A stretch of 64,000 nucleotides of DNA, taken from Lama guanicoe. Taxonomy: Eukaryota. The stretch is from assembly GCA_013239625.1 (NCBI GenBank), contig MU054001.1, positions 620,001 through 684,000 of the forward strand. Reading direction: 5' to 3'. The notes under the pieces are model-generated. The model was not told where the DNA came from. It worked only from the letters and a program-made list of their open reading frames with translations, and did not search any database. Position numbers and translations under genes: made by a program. Every line of letters begins with the position of its first letter. The first letter of the stretch is position 1. Shown here in pieces: positions 25,720-37,521 of the stretch.

Positions 25720-27510
25720 GACAAAAAAGAACAAAAAAAAAACCTTAGTAAAACTGGCATAGAATACTTTTATAACCTACGTATGACGGTTTCATCATAC
25801 TTACAATCTCAAACCAGTAAGTCAATATCTTAGTACTAAAACTCACTAGAATCATATCATTGTAGCTGGAACCAAGACCAACATGTCCTGTTACAGGTGA
25901 CGTGTTTTAACAGGATTCTGCAAGTGCTCACCAACATAATCAGTGAAAATAAAAAATAAGGTTTCTGTGTTACAAAGGAGGTGGCAAAAATATTGTTATT
26001 TACAGTTATTAGAAATGTCCACCAGCTAAATCCAAGAAATACTGAGAAATTTTTAGAACCGAAAGGGTTTACCATCCTAATTGCAAAACCAATGACTTTC
26101 CTATATAATCAAAAACACTACTTAGAAAACATAATGGTTAAAACAATCTCATTTAAAAAATCAGCAAAATTACAAAATGATCAGGACCAATGTAAGGAAA
26201 GTTATTAACCTCCACTGATCGACATAAAAATCACCTTGATAATTCAAGTGTGCATCTTTGCAGGGATGGAAACAAAATAATAAAGATATTGCTTCTCTCT
26301 AAACTCATTCACATATCCCGTCCCAAACAAATCTCGGCAAGATTTTTATGAAATTAAAAAAAAAAGATTCTAAAACTAATGCAAAAATAAATGTGTACAA
26401 ATAGCCAGAAGAAGAATGAGAGTGAACTTTTTCTACCAGGTATAAGAACCCATTAATTAATGTTGGTGCAGAACTGGTACAGGAAGAAGGATCCCCTGAC
26501 GGAAGATAATAGAGAGCCAAGGTGAAAATCAAAGCATAAATATGGACTGGGGCAAAGTAAAGGCAGCACTGAAATAATTGGAAAAAGACTGGATTGTTCA
26601 CCAAATACTGTTAGGATAACTGTCTGTCTGCAAAGAAAAATGGCTACCTATTACAACCTTATGATACAACAAATTCATGATGGATTAAAGGTTAAATGTA
26701 AAGACAAAACTAGAAAAGTACTAGGAAAAAAATAGATAACTATGTGTTAACTTCAGTTGGGGAAGGAGTTTAAGGGGGGTTTTTGAAGTACATCATCAAA
26801 GCTAAACACTAAAGAGGGAAAGGACTGACTCCTTAAAAACAAAAAGCTTCCATATGACAGAAACCTCCTTAAACAAAATTAGAAAACACGCAATTGGAGA
26901 AAACACTTACTGCATATGTGACAGACAAAATGTTAATATCTTCAATATGTACTATTGTATGGCTGCTTTCAGCTGAAGTGAAGAGTCCAGATCAAACTTG
27001 CTGAAATGTACAAGGGGGTTTGCTAGCTTCTGTAGCTGGAGAGCCCAGGGCTGGAGTGGCCTGAAGCTCCCTTCACGAGGAAGCCATGCTGGGTGCCTGC
27101 AGCCCAGTCCCTCATATCCTACCAGCCTACAAGTCCCCCAGGAAAGAGTGCTGCTTCTCTGATCACTCCAGCAGAGACACTTTTGGAAGGATTTGGACCC
27201 AGTCTAGGACACAGGTCCATCACTGAATCATCCCTGTGGCTAAATGAAGGTTTCTTTCTCTTTTGATCCTATTTCTCTTTTGTTCTGAGATTTCAATGTG
27301 TTACTCACTGATGTCTCTGGGCAGGCATGGATCATGGCTGCACTTGTGGCAGGGAAGCAGTAGGTCAGTGCCACACAAACTACTTGGAATGCATTTTTCA
27401 TAATACAGCATGATTCTGTTAGAAGAAGAAGGGAGAAGGCATGCTTAAGGGGACAAAACAGCAGATTATCACTAGCATATATAAAGAGCTCTCACAAATC
27501 AATAATAGTA
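25720..27510 (+). mobile_element. Ancient L1 ORF2 fragment, split by an MLT1 LTR
   Basis: A-rich ORF2-like sequence (gattctaaaactaatg, tggattaaaggttaaatgtaaa, gacagacaaaatgttaatatc). Resumes after the LTR with atatataaagagctctcacaaatcaata. Confidence 0.7.
26950..27473 (-). mobile_element. MLT1J/K-like MaLR LTR
   Basis: Antisense LTR end gctttcagctgaagtgaagagtccagatcaaacttgctgaaat...tttgctagcttctgtagctggagagcccaggg. The other end reads aaaacagcagattatcacta. Confidence 0.6.
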
Positions 27511-28364
27511 TTTTCAAAAATCCATGAAAAGCCATAATGATTCACCATTAGTTAAAAGTACTTTTCCTGAGTCTTATTCTTTTATATCTCTGCTGAATGT
27601 TTTCCAAGGTTGTAGTTGGCTAATTTGACAAATTAAGCTGTTACAATTTATCACAAGATGCTAATATGTTATAAGGAGCTTCCTCCCCTCTTAGGTAACA
27701 CATAGCATATAGAGGCTTTTTGCAGACAATGTTTTAATTCAAAGGATTGTCTCAAGTCGTGAGAATTTTAGGAATGATAACTAAGATACAATCCCTCAGG
27801 CAGAATGAATGCTCAAATCTTTATTTCACTAGCGTTCAATAAATCTTCCTTTATCTTTGACAAGTAAGGGAAGGCCTTGTTCTTGTGATTTTTCTTGAAT
27901 AACCTATGATTTTGCAGTTATTTTATGTGTATATTTCTTAAATTTATCTAGGGACCTGAACTTTACTGATTTTGTTTCAAATTAGGTTTGACTCATTGTA
28001 AGAAACATTAGATGATTACTTTTATATCTTTTATGTAATTTTAATATAAATTTTTACCTATTAGATTTCAAGTGGATGCTTTTTTAAAAATGTAAGTTGT
28101 TTGTTTTAGACCTATTTGAAAGTATTCATAGAAGACAAAGAGTTCAACTTCTGAGAAAAGAAAAAATGTCTATTAACTTAGAACCCTGACACTCAAGAAC
28201 AATTATTTTGGTTTTTTGTTTGTTTGCTTTAAAATTTTGCACATTATTTTTGTGAGAGAAAGATAAGGAACCAACAGGAGGGAGTTAGTTCAAGAGAGCC
28301 TCCCCAGGTTATATTCCATGAAGTGCATGCTCAACCATCCACAAATGGTGTGCTTGGAGGAGTT

Positions 28365-28515
28365 ACTCATATTCTCTTCACCTCGGGTTCAACATTTATG
28401 AATGGGGATGACAACAGTACCCACCTTACAGCATGGTTTTAAGGCCTCAGTGAATTAAGGTGCTTTGAAAAGCGCCTGACCCAAGGTTCACAGGCAGTTG
28501 GTTACGACTATTATT
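28365..28515 (+). mobile_element. MIR 3' fragment
   Basis: aatggggatgacaacagtacccaccttacagcatggttttaagg. Confidence 0.6.
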
Positions 28516-28759
28516 TTGTGTCGTTTCTAACCGAAGCCCAGCCTACTGACAGTTGTGCAGCTGACACTGTTCAGAAGTCCTTGTGAGGTTTAGAAGTGCC
28601 TCCTGCATGACAGAATGCAGTTAAACAGAGTTGATAAGCTTATTTCGTTGAACCAGATCCTCTGGAAATAGATGTTTCATCTACAGATAAAAGAAATGAT
28701 CATGAGCATTAACCAGAAACATAAAGAGTTCTCAGAGTTCCCTGTTACCTCTCTGTAGC

Positions 28760-28935
28760 CCTTATTCTATGGTGATTTATCCACTGACATTTCTGTTTTC
28801 TCTACTAATCTGTGAACTTGAAGGAGGGCTATGATTTATTCACTATTAATTTCCCTGGATCCACTAAAGGTGTATCACAGAGAGGCTCACTGAATATTTT
28901 GAATGAATGAATAAATGAGCTAATGAACAAATAAT
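28760..28935 (+). mobile_element. L2 3' end
   Basis: ctactaatctgtgaacttgaaggagggc...ctcactgaatattttgaatgaatgaataaatga. Confidence 0.65.
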
Positions 28936-29537
28936 CAAACAGGCATACAATTCCCCAGCCCTCCTATTTAAAGAGGACTCTGCTAAGCAGTGTGCAAGTC
29001 AGAACTAGAAGCCCCAGAGGCTAACTACCCGGATAGCAATGGGACAGGTTTTATCTACTTGCAATCTATTAAAAGATCATCCTTCAGAATTCCTTTAAAG
29101 TGTCTTAAGAGGCAGTTTCATCATCATATGTGCCTCAGCCATGAATTTCAAAATTTCTTCTTTGAGAACACAGGAAATATTACACCAACTTAGATAAAAA
29201 TCTTTTGACTATTTTTATTGGTCATTCATGCATATATACTATTAAAGATGAAACAGATATGAAAGATAGTCAGCAAAAGGGAATGTGACTTAATTTAGGG
29301 GAACTGAAATGATGAGAGGGAAGCAATAAACATGGTTGAATTTAATGAATATTTTTCTAGGCTGGGAAAAAAAAACTACTTAATATGTATTTGATACTTG
29401 AACAGAATGAAATATCAGTTTGATTCAGAAAATATTTTGAAGCTTTGATTTTTTCAATGCAGGTGAAGTCTTATTTTTTTTTAAGAAAATAGCTAGTTCA
29501 ATTCCATTTGAATGAATGATCCTTTAGTATCTCTTTG

Positions 29538-30016
29538 CAGGCACACCTTGTTTTATTGCACTTCACTTTATTACCCTTCACAGACACTGCATTTTTTTTT
29601 TTACAAGTTGATGGTTTGCAGCAACTCCACGTTGGCATCATTTTTCCAGCAACATTTGCTCACTTTGTGTCTCTGTGTCACATTTTGGTAATTCTCACAA
29701 TATTTCAAATTTTTCATTATTATTATATTCGTCATGGTGATCAGCAAACTATGACGTTTCTATTGTCAAAAGATTACAACTCTCTCAAGGCTCTGATGGT
29801 GTTAGCATTTTTTAGCAATGAGCTGTTTTTTAATTAAGGCATGTATATTGTTTTTAGATATAATGCTATTCCGCACTTAATGGACTGCAGTATAGTGTAA
29901 ACCTCACTTTATTATGCAATGGGAAACCAAAAAAGTCACGTGGCTCACCTTATTGCAATATTTGCTTTATTGCTGTGGTCTGGAACCGAACCTACAATAT
30001 CTCTGAGGTGTATCTA
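29538..30016 (-). mobile_element. Tigger1-derived non-autonomous element (~480 bp, Tigger1a-like)
   Basis: Both Tigger1 ends are present: caggcacaccttgttttattgcacttcactttatt... and ...tttgctttattgctgtggtctggaaccgaacctacaatatctctgaggtg. Confidence 0.9.
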
Positions 30017-31444
30017 TATGTCTCTTTAGTAAAGCTTTGCTTATTTCTGGTTGAGTACAATGAGCAGTTGGATTCAGTTGGGCTTGTAGTTCACAAAGGT
30101 ACTCTGTCTCTTTCTGGTGGTGTGGTCCTTATTGTCACACTTTGATTTAGCTCATACCTCCAGCTATTGTGGGACTCAGGGCTCTCTTCTGGAACCATAA
30201 ATGGAGATCCCAAATGAGATCAAATGGGACACTTAAATTAGAAGTGTCAGCTGAAGAAAGAGATCGCTCCCTGGGTTCCTGCCATCAGTGGTCCGGGGGC
30301 GCATTACTTAATTCAGAGCTAAAAGAATACAAGCAATGTGTTGGGTTTTCAGAAGTGGCTAATAGAAATCCTTTCCATTCAACGTTCAAAATTCATCAAG
30401 AAATATCTACAAGAATCAGAAAAAGGTCAAAATGTCATCTTTATTGCTGGTCTCCCTTAATTAGAAAATGTGGCTGGAATCAGTGGCCCAGTAATTGGGT
30501 TTCCACATCCTGCATGTCACACCTTCCTCCCAGACAAGGTATGAGGACGGCCCCTTTGGAAAGCAGACACTTCCTTGGTCAACGGTAGATGGGATCACCG
30601 TCTCCCACCTGAGAAACCTCATGAGTTCAGACCAATAGAAATGGCCTTCCAGCCTGCCCCCAGAAAGGAGATGCCAGACCCAAGAAAATGTGCTTATCCC
30701 CTGGATGCAGGAGCTAAAGGAGGTGCCCCTTACAGGCAGACAGGACTGGCCAAGCCAAGCTCCACCACCCAGGCAGTTGGCTCCCTCTCCTTTGGGGTCA
30801 GCAAGTGAAGGGGAGAGAGGGACCAGCAGTGTTAGGGAAGAGCTGTCCACTTTCAATGTATTTTATCTTCGCCCTTTCTGTCTCACAGTTCAAAACAGCA
30901 CTTGGAAAACTGTTCAGATTGGAGTCCCTGAGTAAGAGCAGCCTCAGCCTTCAAAGGAGCCACTCTCACTGCTTCTAAGTCAGCAGGGTCATGGTTGACT
31001 TTTTCTAGAAAATCCCCGATCCAACATGCCTGCCCTTCCCCAGAGGTTCTTGTCTTTGCCACTTTCTTCACCCCTAACAGCTAAACATTTGCGGCCCTTT
31101 CTTGCTAAGAATGGCTTCTTCCATGCTGTCCTACAAGCTCAGGTGGCTGACACCCATTTAGAGACACTGTTCTCTCTCTCCCAAACACCTGCCTTCTACC
31201 CAGCATAACACATCTCAGAAGCTCTGGTCTCTACCAAAGGCTTGGACCATTTGGATTACTTCCTGAGCACTTACATTAGTCACAGCCTGTCATAAGCCTT
31301 CATAAAGGTAGGAAATGTCATTGTTCTCTGTACATACTTGTGTTTTTCTGTATTTACTGAATGTAAGACTCGAAATGTTGATGTTGTTGTCAATTTGGTT
31401 GTCTTGCTCTGCTGACCACGATGTGTGTGAGTTCTTGGGCAGTT

Positions 31445-31960
31445 GAGTTCATTCATTCCACTATGCATTTATTCATTCACCCACTAATCTTTATGGAGTG
31501 TGCCTGGCCCTGTACTGAACCCTGGAGTTACAAATAGGAATAATTCTCAATTCCCATCTTTGGAAACTCAGTCTGGTGGAAGGATGGACATATAGATATT
31601 TTACAATACAGCCAGGTAAGCTGAATTGTAGAGGCACACAGACTGTTGTGTACTCTGCCCTAGGGTGAGGTACACTGGGGTGTCATTTAACCTAGGTCTT
31701 GAATGAAGGTTGCAGGTTGAGGGGACCTGCTGGTAAAGATGAGCTGTTTTGGCAGGGCCTGGCCTCCTTCAGTGTGAAGGGGAGTAGGAGGTGCAGCGGG
31801 AACTGTGAAAGGCAGGCTAGGGCCAGTCTGTGGAAGGCTTTGTAAGACAAAAGAAGGTGTTTAAACTTCTTTCTGTAAGCAACAGGAAGCCAGCAGAGGT
31901 TTTAAGCAGAGGGGTAACTTGAGCGGCTTTTTATTAGGAAGATAACTCTGCATCTGAGGG
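31445..31960 (-). mobile_element. L2 LINE 3' region
   Basis: ttcattcattc tail, gtgcctggccctgtactgaaccctggag, and gggccagtctgtggaaggctttgtaag...ggaagccagcagaggttttaagcagaggg. Confidence 0.75.
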
Positions 31961-33009
31961 ATGGGATGCATTCTTAGAAAAGTTAATCCTTACAGGGCAA
32001 TAGGCACTTGGCTGCTGAGAAGTCTGGCTTTTAGCTTAGTGTTTGGAGGGTCTCGAGTGATACTGATGTAATTGAGCTTTTAGCAAAAGAGATGAAATCG
32101 TAATAGCCAATATGTCTAAAATGAAAAGAACGTGATTTGCCTTATAATAATGCACCCCCTAAAAATAAATCTTTAATTCAACCCATGAATCTTTAATGCC
32201 AAGAATGCAGCATAATACTTTGAAATTGAAACTTGAGATACAGGCAGGGCAGAATCAGCTCTACAGTGGGGTTTGGGGCATACAAATGGAGCAGTATGAA
32301 CTACTGACACCTCCTGGTGGCAGCAGATGTGTGTGGTTTGCCTGGTCAAAACAAGAGGGAAATGAATCAAAGGCATTAAAAATAAATAACACTGGCAGCC
32401 CAGAAGGAAGGGATAGGGGAGGATGAAATAGCCCTGGTCACAAGGTCGACCTGGTGGAGACACCTGCCTGTTGGAAGAGAGAGATGGCAGAGGGAGGCCT
32501 CGGGTGACCAGGGCCTGAGCAAGGGCGCTTCCGACAAATTTAATACCAAAAGGTAGATTACCGAGACTGGTGTTCCAGAATGTCTGCTGGCAGTTTTTAA
32601 AGGACATTGTTTTCATTTTTCAGTTCTAGACATCCCATCTAATAAATGCTTTCTCCATAATAACGTTTTTCAGCTCCATAAGCACTCTTTAACCTTCTCA
32701 GGACCCTTTCACGTGCAGGGTTGTATTTAATATAAAAGGAAGGACCCTTCCTCAAGGAAATAACCACCCAGCGTCATCTCACTTCTCGCTTGTACCCTAT
32801 TTAAAAACGCGCGAAGACATTAGTTTGTGAGATGCTGAAGATCAAAACACAAAGGCCAAATACCACCTTAGGTGGACACACTTACCCACTCCCAGGGGAA
32901 AACTCCAAGAAGAACCTTTTTGGAACCAACCAGCTGGGTTTCTGACTTATTTCTGATACAGAAATGGCCCAGAACTGAGATGGGAGGATGCCAGGTGCAG
33001 GTTTAATAG

Positions 33010-33070
33010 TCACTTGCTGGATGAGCTCGGACATGTTCCTTATCCTCTCCCAGCCTCAGTTTCCCTCTAG
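33010..33070 (+). mobile_element. MIR core fragment
   Basis: tcacttgctggatgagctcggacatgttccttatcctctcccagcctcagtttccc. Confidence 0.55.
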
Positions 33071-33115
33071 GGAGAGAAGATAGTCTGTAAACGATCTGTA
33101 GGATCTAGTGGGTAC

Positions 33116-33362
33116 AGTGCAGCTTTATGACTTTTATGGATTTCAAGCACTTTTGCCTTCATGCCCCCTTCCTCCATTAAAAAAAATCAGAATTTTATTT
33201 TACTACTGCTTTGGGAGAAGAGAAATAGAGACAGGTTTGGATTTATTTGTCTTTATACCAACACAGAGAAAGGATGCATCTTGCTTATTGCAAGGAGCAA
33301 ATGTCCTCGTGCCATGGGCCCCAGGCACTGTGCCCGCCACCCCTCATGGGGAGGAGTCGGCC
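33116..33362 (+). mobile_element. hAT (Tip100-like) MITE, second copy of the 18031-18298 family
   Basis: ctttatgacttttatggatttcaagcacttttgccttcatgccccttcctccatt...catgggccccaggcactgtgcc...gagtcggcc. Shares ggcactgtg and gggccc motifs with the reverse complement of 18031-18298. Confidence 0.65.
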
Positions 33363-33393
33363 AGGAGTCGGCCAGGATTCGGCCAGGAGCCGG
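33352..33393 (+). repeat. 11-bp minisatellite (AGGAGTCGGCC) x ~3.8
   Basis: aggagtcggcc aggagtcggcc aggattcggcc aggagccgg. Confidence 0.9.
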
Positions 33394-33489
33394 GGGAGTG
33401 GGAGGAGGCTACGGGGTGGTGGGGTAGAGGGGCGGATCTGGGCAGCCGGAGAGGCCAAATATCACAGAGGTGAAGAGGTGATCTTAGTT

Positions 33490-33745
33490 TTAAAGGAACC
33501 CGGAATTCAACTGGCACTCAGCCACTTACTCCTGTTTGGCTTCAGGCAAGTTATTTAACCTTTCTGAGCCTCAAGTTTCTCCAATGTAAAATGAGGATAA
33601 TAAATCAAAGCAACTTCGTAGGATTGTGGTGAGGGTGGAATGAGACGGTCCTCCAGAGGAAACCCTTTACTAGAGCTCAGCGACTGCCATTTAGGACGTT
33701 CTCAATAAATGGCAGCAATTAACTCTCCTTCTTATTTTATTGTTA
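33490..33745 (+). mobile_element. MIR SINE
   Basis: cagccacttact...caggcaagttatttaacctttctgagcctcaagtttctccaatgtaaaatgaggataata...ctcaataaatggcagc. Confidence 0.85.
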
Positions 33746-33944
33746 TCATCATCTTCCCTAAGGGTCTGACCCATTTGGCGAGTGCGGCTGCTCGGCTCAG
33801 AGCAGGGCAGCCGCACGTCAGCCCACCGACATCCTCCCCGGCAAGGTTAGCCCAGACCTCCCTTCCTGCGGGCATCAGCCCTCACTCACGGCAGCATGGC
33901 TTTGGGGTCCTCTCTCTAAGGACACGTGGGACCATCGGGCTATC

Positions 33945-33987
33945 GGGCTGGCAGGCTGGCTGGCAGGCTGGCTGGCGGGCGGGCGGG
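33945..33987 (+). repeat. (GGCT/GGCA/GGCG)n tetranucleotide repeat
   Basis: gggctggcaggctggctggcaggctggctggcgggcgggcggg. Confidence 0.85.
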
Positions 33988-34277
33988 TGGCCATTCCCAA
34001 TCCGGGGCACAAACTGATGAGACAGACCTGTGTTCCTAGTTTTGGAGGGCAGTGACAGTACCAGCCATCGTCTTGCTCTGGGCCTGCTGAGATGATCATA
34101 GTGCAAAAAGGCTGCAAGCATTATTTAGCACATTTGATAGGGTTTCACGCCTTTTTTTTTTTTTTTTTTTTATGTACACAGATTATTATAATATTTTTTA
34201 AAAAGTACAAGATTTAAGTACCTGAACCTATCCTTACACATTATTACTAGATAGTAGAAACGTCCCATGGAATTTGA

Positions 34278-34369
34278 GCATGCGCGCGTGCGTGCTTGCG
34301 TGCCGTGGTGCGTACCTGCGTACGTGCTTGCGTGCGTGCGCGTGCTTGCGTGCGTGTGCGTGCCTGCGT
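34278..34369 (+). repeat. (GCGT)n-like alternating purine-pyrimidine tract, CpG-rich
   Basis: gcatgcgcgcgtgcgtgcttgcgtg...tgcgtgcgcgtgcttgcgtgcgtgtgcgtgcctgcgt. Confidence 0.9.
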
Positions 34370-34464
34370 TTTTTGGATCCTGAAGTTACCATAACTACAT
34401 CTGTTTAAGATTCCGTGGGCGTGAGGAGCTCATACTGTCGATGTAGAAGGACTATTTTTGCTTT

Positions 34465-34515
34465 ACCAAAGGCCAATCACACAGGTCAGTGGCACACCCC
34501 CCTCCCCTCGACCGC
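34465..34515. promoter_or_regulatory. Candidate promoter/enhancer core: CCAAT box, AGGTCA half-site and CACCC/GC box
   Basis: ggCCAATcac (34473-34477), AGGTCA (34483-34488), CACACCC/CCCCTCCCC (34493-34507) lie within 40 bp, in a CpG-retaining repeat-free block. Confidence 0.35.
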
Positions 34516-35009
34516 TATTCTTTGGGCATTAATTTTAATGTTTAAATAGCAAGTGCATTTTCCAAAGGCTGCATAAAGCACTGTATAACTAGAAGGTCGC
34601 TGGCTTGGGAAGAGTGGAATGCTCAGCGAAGCCTTTCGCATAGAGAGAATGCTGAATATCACCGCCATTATTTAGCATCAGAATCAGTTATGGTTGTCTG
34701 ACTGATGGACAATTTTTTCCCCCGACCTGCTCTCTTTGCAAGTGACCTATACTGTCTAGACAGTTGCATATTATTTATACATTCATTTCAGATTTTATGG
34801 TGGTTTTTTTTCGCACTAAAGTTGTGCAGGTTTCATGCAGCCGAGTAACTATTGGAAATGTACTTCACGAAAAGCCATATAATTGCACCAGGTGAATGTA
34901 TGTTTTCTTAGAATTGTGTCACCATTAAAATTTAAAAAAAAATTTTTTTTAAAGACCGTTATATGAGCTTCGAAAGAAAATGAGACCAATCTTTCCAACT
35001 TCAGCCTAA

Positions 35010-35048
35010 ACACACACACAGACGCGCACGCGCACACACACACACACG
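35010..35048 (+). repeat. Interrupted (CA)n/(CG) microsatellite
   Basis: acacacacacagacgcgcacgcgcacacacacacacacg. Confidence 0.85.
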
Positions 35049-37116
35049 CCCCCATATCTTCAGAGTACCAGCAGCAGGCCATGGAGAGAATTAAAGACAG
35101 CTAATTTCAAAGGTTCTTAATCAATTCAAGTTGATCCCATTTGTTGATTAGGGAGTCAAAATGCATTATTTGCATTCTGTTTCAAATTCAGAATTTTCTT
35201 GCTGAGGTTTGAGGCTGGAGAAATCTCTTTCAGAGCGATCCCCTTGGGCAGAAAGGGAGTTAATTTGAAAACTCTGGTGAGTCTGATGGGTTGTGAAAGT
35301 TCCACATGAAACATTTATAATGACTTCTTTCAGGGTGGTGGATTTGGGATGGGTGGGTGGGTTTGTGCCTCTGTACGCGTGCACGTGAGTGTCCTTCAGG
35401 AGTCATGAACCAGTGGCTGAAGCTTTGTGTGATTATCTGGGTAGTGAACAAAGTGCCCCATTTCCATCCAGATACTTGGTGCGTAGATATTACAGCAGGA
35501 GGAAGGATCACAGAACGAAGTTGAGAGATTAAATGGAGAGACATTCCCTTCCTGAGGTGCATCTGAAGGTGGGGCTAGTTCTGTGCAGGTCTCAGGCTCA
35601 GTCTGACTAATCCCGCTGCTCCGGGTGCCCAGTTTGGAACACTGTTTTTTCTGGCTGCATTGTGGGATGACTTTCTACATGCCACTGAGATTTGGAATTG
35701 GTTCCTTCAAGCCTCTGACCTGGTGAGCTCTGGGTGGCATGCTCTGCCCTGCATCAAAAGGAGTGAACTCAACCCGAGGGCCAGTTCCCTTGGGAGGACA
35801 TGCTCAACGTAGCCAGAAGTCGGGGCATGCATCTGGAAGTCCCTCCCTTCTGATTTCACACACTCCCACCCGCCTTCAATGATTTTTACTCGGAAAATCC
35901 CAGCTCTGCTCAGAAAAGAAGCATGTTGATGTGTATGCCCTACATATCAGAAGACACTACTTCTTTGGGGCAAGATTATACATTAACCTATTTGCATCTC
36001 ATTTATGTCAACTGGAGGTAGTGAGAGGGAACACTTCATAGGAATTATATGAAGAAAAACTAGCTCCAACTGGATAAAGTTTGTTCCGTATCTTTGGAGT
36101 CTCACCCTACTACCCCCTTCCCCACCATACGTACCTACTTACATTGTATCCTGTTTCATGGAGAGTCACGGTTGACACCTTAAACTTGACCCTTGCCACC
36201 AAATAGTCAACCATGTTCTGTTGGCTATATTCAGTTATAAAACTTGCTTACCAGGAGGATAAAGTTATTTGATACGTAAAAAAAAAAAAACCGCAATGAG
36301 AAAAATGAACAGTCCTCTTCACTCTTGCAGAAAGGTAGGAAGTTTTACCTGTCTAAATACCCATTCTAAAACACACTATTTCTTTCGTTCGCTAACTCGA
36401 ACTGGTCTTTTTCAAAGGCAGTTTCTTTCTCAGCCTTGATTTTATTTCCCGTTCCGCTCCTACAGTATAAGATTAATTCCCACATTCTGCATATTGCCTG
36501 GAGTTCAGCGCACATGTTCAGCGAGGTGTACAGCCCTCAAATAACTTTGGTGCCTCTTTCACCCACTGTTAGGAAGTATATTTAAAAGAAATTGCCTTTT
36601 ATAGATTTAAATTACAAAAGTACTGATATCATGCAAACGGCAGTTTAACTCATGCAAGCATACAAATAGGTAAATCTTAGGGAAAAAGATACCAAGGCTA
36701 ATATGAATGTAAATAGGATTAGCTGCCTGCATTAGCAGTGGCTGTGAAATTTAAAGTACTTTCTGTTAGGTTATTCTTTAATATACACCTATATTTCATG
36801 TGTACATTTGTAGATATTTGGAAATATAGTTTACTTTGTCTTGGGCTTGAATTTCAAAACAAGTACAGACCACGGCCCTGACCTCTGCTTACTGACAGCC
36901 AAAGTAGACGTGGAATTTAACCTTCTTGATGGTTAAATATTTATTGACACAGAATTTTACATCTCTAGGAAAATATAACAAAGTCTGGCCAAGGAAACAT
37001 AGATTCCTATTGTAAAGAAACTAGGAATTTGACTATATGGTGGTTTTATTTTTCTCTTAGGAAAAAGCCTTGTTTGTTCCCAAAGATTGATTCAGATGTA
37101 AGTGAGCAGTTTGGAG

Positions 37117-37488
37117 CAGGGGTTGGCCAACAATAGCCAATGGGCTAGATCCAAACCCCCTGCCTGTTTTTGTTCATCCTCCAAAGTAAGAATGGTTTTT
37201 GCATTTTTCAGTGGTTGTAAAAAAAAAATCAGAAGAGTACTTCATGACACATACAAAGTATGTAAAATTCAAAAGTTAGTGTCCATAAATAAAGTTTTAT
37301 TGGAATATGGCCATGTTCATTTGTTTAAATATTGGCTGCTTTCTCACGATAGATAGATAGATAGATAGATAGAGAGAGATAGATAGATACAAATAGCAGA
37401 TTTGAGGAGCTGGGACAGTGACTTTATGACCTCCAGGGTCTAAAATATTTACCATCTGCCTTTCACAGAAAAAGTTTGCCAACCCTAG
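37117..37488 (+). mobile_element. MER58 (B-like) hAT-Charlie element
   Basis: caggggttggccaacaatagcc...aaataaagttttattggaatatggccatg...aaaatatttaccatctgcctttcacagaaaaagtttgccaaccc. 8-bp TSD gtttggag (37109-37116) / gtttagag (37489-37496). Confidence 0.9.
37348..37389 (+). repeat. (GATA)n microsatellite inside MER58
   Basis: gatagatagatagatagatagatagagagagatagatagata. Confidence 0.9.
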
Positions 37489-37521
37489 GTTTAGAGTAAC
37501 AGTATCTTTGTGCATTTTATT

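Noticed and set aside
34152..34171. Long T run as the poly(A) tail of a minus-strand processed pseudogene
   Set aside because: No adjacent AATAAA, no TSD and no coding remnant found upstream on the minus strand.
34751..34764. Perfect 14-bp palindrome ACTGTCTAGACAGT containing the SMAD element GTCTAGAC
   Set aside because: Same chance expectation as above. It is only worth revisiting if the surrounding block proves conserved.
35472..35568. Possible + strand exon (tttccatccag|ATACTT...CTGAAG|gtgggg)
   Set aside because: Stops in all three frames and a weak donor.
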